Source: Deltaproteobacteria bacterium
GTDB lineage: Bacteria > Desulfobacterota_D > UBA1144 > Nemesobacterales > CSP1-2
Length of the DNA: 64,000 bases
Assembly (NCBI GenBank): GCA_052390235.1
Contig: JBQTHB010000005.1
Span: 64,001-128,000, forward strand
Direction: 5' to 3'
The notes under the pieces were generated by a model, which worked only from the letters and a program-made list of their open reading frames with translations, did no database searches and was not told the origin of the DNA. Made by a program: the position numbers and the translations under genes. Positions 47,375-55,994 of this stretch are shown here, one piece after another. Position 1 is the stretch's first letter. Every line of letters starts with the position of its first letter.

Positions 47375-47400
47375 AAAAAGGTTTCTGAAAACAAAAACGC

Positions 47401-47513
47401 ATCGAACGACTCAATAAACGTGAGGGCGAAACAGTGGCTTTGTTATCAGCGTCTTTGGTGAACTCAGGGTTCCGGGGCTGCGGTTTCGCTCCCCGGCATC
47501 TCCGCCGTTGGGC
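47401..47513 (+). other. attC site (113-bp family, copy 3)
   Basis: GCATCGAAC is the exact complement of the preceding core GTTCGATGC; ends GTTGGGC. Confidence 0.9.
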
Positions 47514-47562
47514 GGCTTCTGCTAGCCACTTTTAATTACTTAGTCCACTAAGGAGGTTTTAT

Positions 47563-48000
47563 ATGAAGTGTCGTTTTATGAGCTTAGCTGTTGCAATACT
47601 TGTTGTTGCTACGGGATGTGTTTCAAATAAGGCTATTCAAACTGTCCAAGCTGGCGACGATGCCAAGCCATGTTCAGAGCTCAAAGCTGAACTGACCCAA
47701 CTGGGCGTTAAATTTGATTATGCAAAAGGCGACTCTGGCATTACAGGTAAGAATGTCGGTGCGGCGGTTCTCTTTTGGCCTGCCATTATCGTGAATGAAT
47801 TTAGGGCAAGCAAAAACCAAGACTCAATTGATAAAAGGCTTACTCATCTAACTACCATCTATAACAGTAAATGCACTGGTGGCTCGGAAGATGGCAAGCT
47901 GACAGAGAGACTGCGTGAATTAAAAGATCTGCATGATGAAGATCTGATTGGAGACGAAGAGTACGAAAAGTCGCGTAAACGCGCACTTGAACAACTGTAA
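47563..48000 (+). CDS. lipoprotein with C-terminal SHOCT-like domain (cassette 6)
   Basis: AAGGAGG RBS, lipobox ATGC, ERLRELKDLHDEDLIGDEEYEKSRKRAL. Confidence 0.8.
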   Translation: MKCRFMSLAVAILVVATGCVSNKAIQTVQAGDDAKPCSELKAELTQLGVKFDYAKGDSGITGKNVGAAVLFWPAIIVNEFRASKNQDSIDKRLTHLTTIYNSKCTGGSEDGKLTERLRELKDLHDEDLIGDEEYEKSRKRALEQL

Positions 48001-48015
48001 TGGAAGGTTGTCCGC

Positions 48016-48069
48016 ACATAACACGTCGCTCAAATCGCAGGCTTCGCGTTACGGCGTATGCAGTTGGCA
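48016..48069 (+). other. degenerate attC site
   Basis: ACATAAC ACGTCGCTCAA...GCTTCGC...GTTGGCA directly after the stop codon. Confidence 0.5.
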
Positions 48070-48112
48070 GAAACACGGAAAGTATCAACAATTAAAACAG
48101 GAGAGCGTAAAA

Positions 48113-48604
48113 ATGAAAATGTATAAATGGGCTGTAGCTGCCCTTCTCTTATTATTCGCTGGAAATGCCGCGGCAGCGGACTCGTCATGCAATCCAATTC
48201 TTGCGGCAGACGAGGCGAGAATTAAATTACCGGCATGGCACACTATATTGGTTGACTCTGACTCTGACGGTGTGCGTATAGAAGTCATGAAAGTAGATGG
48301 GAAGTTTTTCCAGAACATCGGCGGCGAATGGATGGAATCGCCCATGAACTTTGACCAGGCAGTGCGCACCATGGTCGCCGCGGTTAGAAGCGGAGAAGTG
48401 AAATTGGAGTGTGCGTCGGCGGGCAGCGATATTGTTGACGGCATGCCGATGAGTGTCATAACCAGCAGAGTCGAAATAAAGGGCGCTCCTGCGGCTGACT
48501 CGAAACTCTACATAGGCAAATCGGACGGCCTCCTCTATAAGCAGGTTAGCGGCGCTGTCAGCGTAACTTATAAATACAAAGGGATATCCGCGCCAAAATT
48601 ATGA
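48113..48604 (+). CDS. secreted hypothetical protein (possibly LolA-like beta fold)
   Basis: AGGAG RBS, Sec signal (AAA-A), YIGKSDGLLYK and C-terminal ISAPKL. Confidence 0.75.
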   Translation: MKMYKWAVAALLLLFAGNAAAADSSCNPILAADEARIKLPAWHTILVDSDSDGVRIEVMKVDGKFFQNIGGEWMESPMNFDQAVRTMVAAVRSGEVKLECASAGSDIVDGMPMSVITSRVEIKGAPAADSKLYIGKSDGLLYKQVSGAVSVTYKYKGISAPKL

Positions 48605-48619
48605 GCTGGGCATAACATA

Positions 48620-49012
48620 ATGCGTATCTATCTCGCTCTAGTCGGGGTTTTTCTACTCGCGGCTGGGTCGACGCTAATTGCGAAGAGGCTTCGGATGCCC
48701 AGAGCCTCATCCAGAGCCGTGGGTAAAATCACCTCCTATTTAGAGCGCGCCATCGAAGACGAAGGCCATCGGCGCAGTTTCTTTCCCGTCATTACGTTCC
48801 CCGCCCATGACGGTCAGATGTACACATTCACCGCCGCCGCAGGTTACGGCTCAAGAAAATACGCCGAGGGTCAGCCGGTTGCGGTTCTCTATGAGACCGC
48901 ACAGCCACCGCGCGCATTCATCGAGAGCTTCCATCATTTATGAGCGGGACCGCTGGCGTTTGTGTTTCTCGGAGCTATCGCCGTTGGGGCGGCGGCGGGC
49001 ATTCGGCAGTAG
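48620..49012 (+). pseudogene. DUF3592-like membrane protein interrupted by TGA at 48941-43
   Basis: TM, AVGKI, FPVITF, GQPVAVLY, SFHHL*, then an in-frame second TM up to TAG at 49012. Confidence 0.65.
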
Positions 49013-49251
49013 TTTCACCCAAATTTCAAATCCTCACCCCCCCCAGCCTATAAGTGAATCTCCCGCTGGCAATTTAAAATTATACTCAGATCATTGAGGA
49101 AGCGAGAGGGCGATGCCGCGATGATGATCGGAGGCACTTATAACGCGCCCTCAGATAAAAATCATATTGACTTGCTACGCCAAATTTAGTTTAATCTGAG
49201 GTTGTAAATTGCCCGTGTTTCGGGATATTAATACCAAGTGGAGGCGACGTT

Positions 49252-49545
49252 ATGGGTAAAAAAACTATCACAGTTGACATTTTCCAGTGCGATTTTATTG
49301 ATGATAAAGGCTCATGCTCTAACGAAGGGGAGCGTCCAGCAATAAAGCAATGCGCTATCTGCAAGAAGGATCTATGCAACCGGCACTACGAGACATTCAA
49401 CATACAGAAACTCTCAGGGCCCACGGGGGCGAGCGGCACGCTGATTTACTTCTTCTGCTGGGATCACTCTCAGGAGTTCATCAATATGCTCGTGCAAACC
49501 CTCGGCGACACGAGACCCATAGCCTACGCGGGAATGGCTAAGTAG
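49252..49545 (+). CDS. small Cys/His-rich (putative Zn-binding) hypothetical protein
   Basis: GGAGG RBS; C-x8-C, CAIC-x4-CNRH and CWDH. Confidence 0.75.
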   Translation: MGKKTITVDIFQCDFIDDKGSCSNEGERPAIKQCAICKKDLCNRHYETFNIQKLSGPTGASGTLIYFFCWDHSQEFINMLVQTLGDTRPIAYAGMAK

Positions 49546-49719
49546 GCAGAGGGACTCCCCCGCTCGCCACCGCGCGAAGATGGGCTATTTATCTTTAGTT
49601 TGCGGCGGACGGGCGATTTGCTCCTCGGGTGTCATCCGACTCCAGAATTTTGGTCAGAGCGTCTGCCGCCTGCGTGCCTCGCATCTTTTTTTATTGGATT
49701 TCGATGGTTAGGATTCATT

Positions 49720-49878
49720 ATGAGCAGAAAAAAAGAGGCGGAAAGCGGCAAATTCGAGGGATTTTTCAAATTAAGAAAAAAAGCCCCGAAGTCCGGCGCG
49801 CCCATTAAATCGAAAAAAGATAAAGCGCGGGAGCGACGGGTAAAGCCCAAAGACCTCATCAGAGACTCAGGGGATTAG
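49720..49878 (+). CDS. small basic protein, 52 aa
   Basis: MSRKKE...LRKKAPKSGAPIKSKKDKARERR; fills the gap before nnr. Confidence 0.55.
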   Translation: MSRKKEAESGKFEGFFKLRKKAPKSGAPIKSKKDKARERRVKPKDLIRDSGD

Positions 49879-49966
49879 CCAGCCCCCTCCCCGTAGAGGC
49901 CCCTATAGCCGGCTCATCTCCTATACATTGCCGCCTAAATTTGTTATCTTCATAGGCGGGGAACCC

Positions 49967-51523
49967 ATGAAACTCGCCACGCGTAACATCGTAAAGGAAA
50001 TTGAAAGGCGCGCAATTGAAGAGTGCAAAATTTCGGGGCTTATCCTGATGGAAAACGCAGGGCGAGCCGCCGCAAGTGCGCTACTCACTGAATTCCCCGC
50101 CGCAGGGCGCGTTGCCGTATTTGCGGGAGCGGGCAACAACGGAGGGGACGGCTTCGTCATAGCGCGCCATCTCATCAGCCGGGGACTCCACGTAACGACC
50201 TATCTCATCGGGGACGCCCATAAGTACAGCGGCGACGCCCTTTTGAATCTCGCCTCGCTTCGGAAAATTGGGGGCAGAGTGGTGGAACTTCACGGAGGGT
50301 TTGCCGCCTATACGGAAGCCGACGTAGCCGTTGACGCGCTCTTTGGAACGGGTCTGAGTAGAAACGCCGCAGGATTCGAGCGGGCAGTTATAGAATTTAT
50401 AAACTCTCTTGCGTGTCCCAAAATCGCGGTTGACCTCCCCTCGGGGCTTGATGCGGACACAGGGCATCCGCTTGGAGCGGCGGTAAAGGCTGACATCACG
50501 GTAACGTTTATCCTCCCGAAATTGGGGCTTTCTATCTATCCGGGGACGGAGTACGCCGGAAGGGTCTATCTCGCCCATCTCACCACTCCCGAATTCCTCG
50601 AAGAGGGCATCCCCTACGAGTTGATTGATAGCCAGAAGGTCGGCGGGATTTTAAAACCGAGGCGGGCGGATACGCACAAAGGCGCTTACGGACACCTGTT
50701 CGTCATTGCAGGCTCAAGCGGCAAAACCGGAGCGGCGGCGCTGACGGCTACGGGCGCAATGCGAAGCGGAGCGGGACTCGTAACCCTCGGCGCTCCCGTC
50801 GGCATTCATCCGGTAATGGAGGCAAAGCTCACCGAGGCTATGACCGAGCCTCTGCCCGAAACCGCAGGCGGCGTGCTGGGAGGGATTTCTGTTGACTACG
50901 CCCTTGGGATACTCTCATCGAGAAAAACCGCCCTGGCGATTGGCCCGGGTATATCCACAACCCCAGACACGCGCGAATTCGTCTATGAAATTATACGAAA
51001 GTGCCCCGTGCCAATGGTCATTGACGCCGACGCCATCACTCTCATAGCCGAGAGCCCAGAAATCCTCAGAGAGGCAAAGGCCCCGGTAGCTCTGACCCCC
51101 CATCCGGGGGAGATGTCGCGGCTCACGGGCAGAAGCGCCGATGAGGTGCAGAGAGACCGCATCGGCGTTGCTAGGGATTTCTCGGCGATGTATAATGCTC
51201 ACCTCGTTTTAAAGGGCGCAAGGACTATAGTTGCAACCCCGCAGGGAGAGATTTTCATCAACCCTACGGGGAATCCCGCTATGGCTTCCGGTGGAATGGG
51301 AGACGTGCTTGCGGGGGTTATTGGCGGGTTTTTGGCTCAGGGCTATAGCCCGAAGGACGCGTGCGTTGCCGGAGTTTTTATACACGGCTCGGCAGGGGAC
51401 ATGGCGGCGGACAGTATCGGGCGGGTCGGTATTACGGCGGGCGACGTCGCCTCGGCGATTCCCGCGGCAATGGGCGAGATTCTAGCGGGCGGGCGGCGCG
51501 TTTTCATCCGTGAAATTTACTAA
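49967..51523 (+). CDS. nnr: bifunctional NAD(P)H-hydrate epimerase/dehydratase
   Basis: LMENAG, GNNGGDG, DALFGTG, TPHPGE, LKGA and GGMGDVLAG. Confidence 0.95.
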   Translation: MKLATRNIVKEIERRAIEECKISGLILMENAGRAAASALLTEFPAAGRVAVFAGAGNNGGDGFVIARHLISRGLHVTTYLIGDAHKYSGDALLNLASLRKIGGRVVELHGGFAAYTEADVAVDALFGTGLSRNAAGFERAVIEFINSLACPKIAVDLPSGLDADTGHPLGAAVKADITVTFILPKLGLSIYPGTEYAGRVYLAHLTTPEFLEEGIPYELIDSQKVGGILKPRRADTHKGAYGHLFVIAGSSGKTGAAALTATGAMRSGAGLVTLGAPVGIHPVMEAKLTEAMTEPLPETAGGVLGGISVDYALGILSSRKTALAIGPGISTTPDTREFVYEIIRKCPVPMVIDADAITLIAESPEILREAKAPVALTPHPGEMSRLTGRSADEVQRDRIGVARDFSAMYNAHLVLKGARTIVATPQGEIFINPTGNPAMASGGMGDVLAGVIGGFLAQGYSPKDACVAGVFIHGSAGDMAADSIGRVGITAGDVASAIPAAMGEILAGGRRVFIREIY

Positions 51524-51542
51524 GCGCGGGCATAAATTAAAT

Positions 51543-52091
51543 ATGGGGATTTCAAATTCGAGGGCTGAGGCTAGGGGAATCGGCGGCGGCGGGCAGAGGG
51601 CCGTCTGCGCGCTCCAAACCCGGACGGCTGAACAGAGCGCCCTAGTTGGCGAAATCATAGGGGCGTTGCTCAATGCCGGAGACGTTATCGCCCTGAGCGG
51701 GGGGCTCGGCGCGGGTAAAACCGTGATAGTCAAGGGAATTGCGCGCGGTCTGGGAATCGAGGACGAACCCAATAGCCCGACTTTCGTCATCATGAGCGGC
51801 TACGATGGGGGGAGGCTCCCTCTATACCATTTCGACTTGTACAGGCTCGCAGGGGTCGAGGAAATGGATGCCATCGGGTATGAGGATTTTTTCTACGGCG
51901 AAGGGGTCGCGGCAGTGGAATGGGCTGAGCGGGCAGTGGAGGCATTCCCGCCCCATACAATTGCAATAAGCGTCGAAATTCCTGAAGACGGGGCGGCGGA
52001 TTTGCGCGAGATTAAAATCGAAGGAGATAGGAATTGGGTCTCATTGTTCAGAAATACGGCGGAACAAGCGTTGCCAACGTTGATAAGATAA
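51543..52091 (+). CDS. tsaE: tRNA threonylcarbamoyladenosine biosynthesis ATPase (start uncertain)
   Basis: GGLGAGKT, SPTF, HFDLYRL and VEWA. Confidence 0.93.
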   Translation: MGISNSRAEARGIGGGGQRAVCALQTRTAEQSALVGEIIGALLNAGDVIALSGGLGAGKTVIVKGIARGLGIEDEPNSPTFVIMSGYDGGRLPLYHFDLYRLAGVEEMDAIGYEDFFYGEGVAAVEWAERAVEAFPPHTIAISVEIPEDGAADLREIKIEGDRNWVSLFRNTAEQALPTLIR

Positions 52092-53263
52092 GAGCCGTAG
52101 CCAATATTGTCATCAAAACTAAAGAGCGGGGAAACGGCGTAATAGCCGTCGTCTCGGCGATGGCAGGGGAAACCGACAAGCTCATCACACTCTCGCGCTC
52201 AATAATGGACCCGCCGGACGAGAGGGAGTTAGATGTTATCGCGTCAAGCGGCGAGCAGGTCTCATCGGGACTCCTTGCCATGACGCTCAAATCCCTCGGA
52301 CACGACGCCATTTCGTTCCAAGGGCATCAGGTGCGCATCATGACCGACAACGCCTACTCAAAGGCGAGAATCCTCAAAATTGACGCCGAGAATATAATTA
52401 AAGCCATCGGCGCGGGGAAAATTGCCGTTATAGCCGGCTTCCAAGGGGTTGACGACGAGGGGAGCGTTACGACCCTTGGGCGAGGAGGCTCAGACCTCAC
52501 GGCCGTAGCCCTTGCGGCAGTGCTTCGCGCCGACGCCTGCGAGCTTTATAAAGACGACGTTGACGGCATCTATACCACTGACCCAGGAATCTGTAGAAAC
52601 GCTAAGAAAATAAAGAAAATTTCCTATGACGAGATGCTAGAGATGTCGAGCCTCGGCTCAAAGGTGCTTCAGGCTAGAGCAGTGGAGTTCGCAAAGAAAT
52701 TTAACGTTCCCATACACGTGCGCCCTACGGGAAAACCGGACGCCGAAGGCACTTGGGTGGTTGAGGAGGAGCAGGCGATGAGAGAAATGGAAGAGGTTTT
52801 AATATCGGGCGTGAGCTACGATAAAAATCAGGCAAAAATTACGATAATGCAAGTCCCCGACCGCCCCGGAATTGCGGCGAATCTGTTCGCCCCTATAGGA
52901 GACGAGGGCATCGTGGTTGACATGATAGTGCAGAACGTGAGCGCCGAGGGTTTCACGGATATGACATTCACCGTGCCGAGGGCGGATTTCAAGAAGGCGT
53001 CCCGAATCACGGAGCAGTTGGCAAAGGAAATGGGGGCGAAGGGAGTCTCAACCAACGATAGAATTGCGATGGTCTCGCTCATCGGCGTGGGGATGAAAAC
53101 GCATTCGGGGATAGCGTCTCGGATGTTCTCGGCTCTTGCAAGAGAGGGAATAAATATTATCATGATTAGCACGTCGGAGATAAAAGTGTCTTGCGTGATA
53201 GACGATAAATACGCGGAGCTTGCCGTGCGCACGCTTCACGACGCATTCGACTTGGGCAGGTGA
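52034..53263 (+). CDS. lysC: aspartate kinase
   Basis: VQKYGGTSV, VVSAMAGETD, TTLGRGGSD and two ACT domains; TTG start. Confidence 0.96.
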   Translation: MGLIVQKYGGTSVANVDKIRAVANIVIKTKERGNGVIAVVSAMAGETDKLITLSRSIMDPPDERELDVIASSGEQVSSGLLAMTLKSLGHDAISFQGHQVRIMTDNAYSKARILKIDAENIIKAIGAGKIAVIAGFQGVDDEGSVTTLGRGGSDLTAVALAAVLRADACELYKDDVDGIYTTDPGICRNAKKIKKISYDEMLEMSSLGSKVLQARAVEFAKKFNVPIHVRPTGKPDAEGTWVVEEEQAMREMEEVLISGVSYDKNQAKITIMQVPDRPGIAANLFAPIGDEGIVVDMIVQNVSAEGFTDMTFTVPRADFKKASRITEQLAKEMGAKGVSTNDRIAMVSLIGVGMKTHSGIASRMFSALAREGINIIMISTSEIKVSCVIDDKYAELAVRTLHDAFDLGR

Positions 53264-53314
53264 GGGGATAATTTATCCTCAGCGTAGTGTTACCGAGGTT
53301 CGGAGAGAGAGACA

Positions 53315-54916
53315 ATGAAAGCAAGAGAGGTCAAAATTTACGATGTAACCCTAAGGGACGGCACTCAGGGCGAGAATATATCGTTTTCAATTGCCGATAA
53401 ACTGCGCATTGCCCATAAATTGGACGAGCTTGGCGTGCATTACATCGAGGGCGGATGGCCCGGCTCGAACGAGAGGGATGAGGGATTTTTCAAAGGGGCG
53501 AAGAAGTTGAAACTCGGCAGGGCGAGAATCTCCGCGTTTGGAAGCACTAGGCGCGCTGATAAAAATTGCAACGAGGACGGCAACATTCAAGCCCTTCTCG
53601 AGTCCGAAGCCCCGGTGGTTACTATCGTCGGCAAAAGCTGGGATTTTCATGTCAAAGAGGCGCTCAAAATTTCCTACGAGGAGAACCTTGAGCTTATTGG
53701 AGACTCCGTTTCATACCTCAAAGAGAGGGTTGACGAGGTCTTTTTTGACGCCGAGCATTTCTTCGACGGCTATAAGAAAAACCCCGGCTACGCGGTGTCC
53801 GCCATTAAAGCCGCTCTCGAAGGCGGGGCTGACGCCTTAGTGCTTTGCGACACCAACGGCGGCGCTCTCCCTTGGGAAATTGAAGAAATCATAAATGACG
53901 TAAATCTGAAGCTCGGCAATCCCCCGCTCGGCATCCACACCCATAACGACGGAGAGCTTGGGGTCGCTAACACGCTCTACGCCGTAAGATGCGGCGTGAA
54001 TCAGGTGCAGGGGACGATAAACGGCTACGGCGAGCGATGCGGAAACGCCAATTTATGCTCCATAATTCCGAACCTCAAGCTCAAGCTGGGAATAAACTGT
54101 CTTGCCGACGACGAGCTTAAGAAATTATATGACGTATCCCACTTCATCCACGAGCTTACGAATCTGCCTCCGATAAAAAAATCGCCCTTCGTAGGCGAGA
54201 GCGCGTTCGCGCACAAAGGCGGGCTTCACGTGAGCGCGGTGATGAGAAAAGCCGAGACCTACGAACACATAAACCCCGAAATTTTGGGCAGCAAGAGGCG
54301 AATTCTCATCTCAGACCTCTCGGGCAGAAGCAACATCCTATACAAAGCCAAAGAGCTTGGAATTGAGCTTGAGCCTAACGACAAGAGGGTGCAAAAAATA
54401 CTCGCCGAGCTTAAGAAACTGGAGAACGAGGGCTACGAATTTGAGGGTGCGGACGCGTCCTTCGAGCTTCTCATAAGAAAGACCCTAGGGCAGTACAAGC
54501 GACACTTTGAACTCAAAGGGGCGAGGATTATAGTCGAGAAGCACAGAGACGACGAAGAGCCGCTCTCAGAGGCGACGGTCATCGTGCAGGTTGACGGAGT
54601 GGTCGAGCATACGGCGGCTATAGGCAATGGGCCCGTCAACGCCCTCGATAACGCCCTGAGGAAGGCGCTTGAGAAATTCTACCCGGCTCTGAGGGAGATA
54701 AAGCTCAAGGACTACAGAGTCAGGGTCGTCTCCACAGGGAATGGGACGGATGCCGTCGTGAGGGTGTTGATTGAATCCGGCGACGGAGACAGCAATTGGA
54801 GCACCGTCGGGGTGTCGGAGAACATTGTCGAGGCGAGTTGGAAAGCGCTCGTCGATGGGATTGACTATAAACTGCTCAAGGACGAGGCGAGGCGCGCGGC
54901 TAAGGCGGATGGCTGA
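53315..54916 (+). CDS. cimA: citramalate synthase
   Basis: [35 protein letters not shown] and GNGPVNALD. Confidence 0.93.
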   Translation: MKAREVKIYDVTLRDGTQGENISFSIADKLRIAHKLDELGVHYIEGGWPGSNERDEGFFKGAKKLKLGRARISAFGSTRRADKNCNEDGNIQALLESEAPVVTIVGKSWDFHVKEALKISYEENLELIGDSVSYLKERVDEVFFDAEHFFDGYKKNPGYAVSAIKAALEGGADALVLCDTNGGALPWEIEEIINDVNLKLGNPPLGIHTHNDGELGVANTLYAVRCGVNQVQGTINGYGERCGNANLCSIIPNLKLKLGINCLADDELKKLYDVSHFIHELTNLPPIKKSPFVGESAFAHKGGLHVSAVMRKAETYEHINPEILGSKRRILISDLSGRSNILYKAKELGIELEPNDKRVQKILAELKKLENEGYEFEGADASFELLIRKTLGQYKRHFELKGARIIVEKHRDDEEPLSEATVIVQVDGVVEHTAAIGNGPVNALDNALRKALEKFYPALREIKLKDYRVRVVSTGNGTDAVVRVLIESGDGDSNWSTVGVSENIVEASWKALVDGIDYKLLKDEARRAAKADG

Positions 54917-55160
54917 TATTTACGCCAGAAATTTGTGCAATTCGGGGCGCTTGCCGCATATATTGACATAGGGGCGGGAGCCGCAAATGCCATCTCCGCC
55001 GTCAGAGCGGTAAATTGGCCGCCCCGCCAATAAATGTAATCAGCGCGGGAAGTTATAGAACTATCACTCTGTGCGCCGTCCTGGCATCACTAATTAATAA
55101 GAAATCTCGCCCTTATATCCAAGTTTGCCGCCCGTTTACCGGAATGTTACACTGGGGCTT

Positions 55161-55466
55161 ATGGAAACCATGAGTCAGATAAAATCCAAGATTGCGCCTA
55201 TGAGAGATGGGCTAAACAAGAAATATCATGTCAAGAGCATTGCCATTTTCGGCTCATTTGCCAGGAATGAGCAGAATGAAAATAGCGATGTTGATATATT
55301 GGTGGAATTCTCGCAATCCTTAGGCGTTGAGTTTATAGACCTAGCGGACGAGCTAGAGAAGGTGTTAAACCGCAAAGTGGATTTGGTTTCAAAAAAGGGT
55401 ATCAAGGAAAAATATCTAAAGCTCATTGAGCCGGAGCTTAGCTATGTCTGGGCGAATTGTGCATGA
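55161..55466 (+). CDS. minimal nucleotidyltransferase (MntA-type antitoxin)
   Basis: IFGSFARNEQNENSDVDILVEF...RKVDLV. Confidence 0.88.
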   Translation: METMSQIKSKIAPMRDGLNKKYHVKSIAIFGSFARNEQNENSDVDILVEFSQSLGVEFIDLADELEKVLNRKVDLVSKKGIKEKYLKLIEPELSYVWANCA

Positions 55467-55563
55467 TTATTTCGGGATTGATTACGAAATTGTCTGGAAT
55501 ATTATTGAGCAAACCCTGCCTATATTTGAGCGGCAAATTCGCAGTATCATAAACGAGACATAA
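55444..55563 (+). pseudogene. HEPN/DUF86 (HepT-like) toxin with a large in-frame internal deletion
   Basis: MSG joined directly to RIVHDYFGIDYEIVWNII...; 39 aa instead of roughly 110. Confidence 0.8.
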
Positions 55564-55583
55564 GTAATAAATCAGCCCACAGC

Positions 55584-55994
55584 TCAGTCGAGAAATCTCG
55601 CCTTTATATCCGCCCCCGGCATCAGGCACGCCTCAGCCCTTCCAAACCACTTGTATCTCCTGCGCGCAATGAAGCTGTAAATTGCATCCCGCCCCGGCTT
55701 CGGCAGCGCAAGAGAAGCCCCCGACAGCCTCCAAAAACCGCCGAGCCTCCTCGCCACTCTAATCGCGGCGTCCGATTTTGAATAATAATTATCTCCCTCG
55801 ACGAGAATAAACGACGATAAATCATCCACGGGGAGATTAAAGCGGGCCAGAATCCTCTGCCCAGCCTCTGACTGAAGCGAGGCGAACTTAAACGCCCCGG
55901 CTCTGTCCCTCTTTATGATGAACTGCACGGAAGCGGCGCAGAGGTTGCACACGCCGTCAAATAGTATTATCGGATGGCTCGCTCCATCTGTCAT
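55584..55994 (-). CDS. DCC family thiol-disulfide oxidoreductase
   Basis: IILFDGVCNLC, FASLQS and RYKWFG. Confidence 0.92.
   Translation of the reverse strand: MTDGASHPIILFDGVCNLCAASVQFIIKRDRAGAFKFASLQSEAGQRILARFNLPVDDLSSFILVEGDNYYSKSDAAIRVARRLGGFWRLSGASLALPKPGRDAIYSFIARRRYKWFGRAEACLMPGADIKARFLD

Larger units (their letters stand above)
41687..49012 (+). mobile_element. decayed integron: intI remnant, attI and about 8 gene cassettes
   Basis: intI remnant, co-oriented short genes, attC sites whose inverse cores match the preceding cores, and a compositional shift. Confidence 0.85.

Noticed and set aside
44330..47513. The 113-bp repeats as a CRISPR array or IS ends
   Set aside because: They are too long, are separated by whole genes, and have attC core and inverse-core structure. 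No cas or transposase gene is present.
44061..48943. UGA recoding (Trp or selenocysteine) suggested by two in-frame TGA codons
   Set aside because: Many intact genes here end in TGA, gene B itself uses TGG for Trp, the contexts are not Cys-like and no SECIS-like hairpin is evident. Nonsense mutation is simpler.
49615..49650. Glycine-riboswitch-like words on the minus strand (TCTGGAG...CACCCGAGGAGCAAA)
   Set aside because: The CUCUCAGG element is missing and no minus-strand gene lies downstream.
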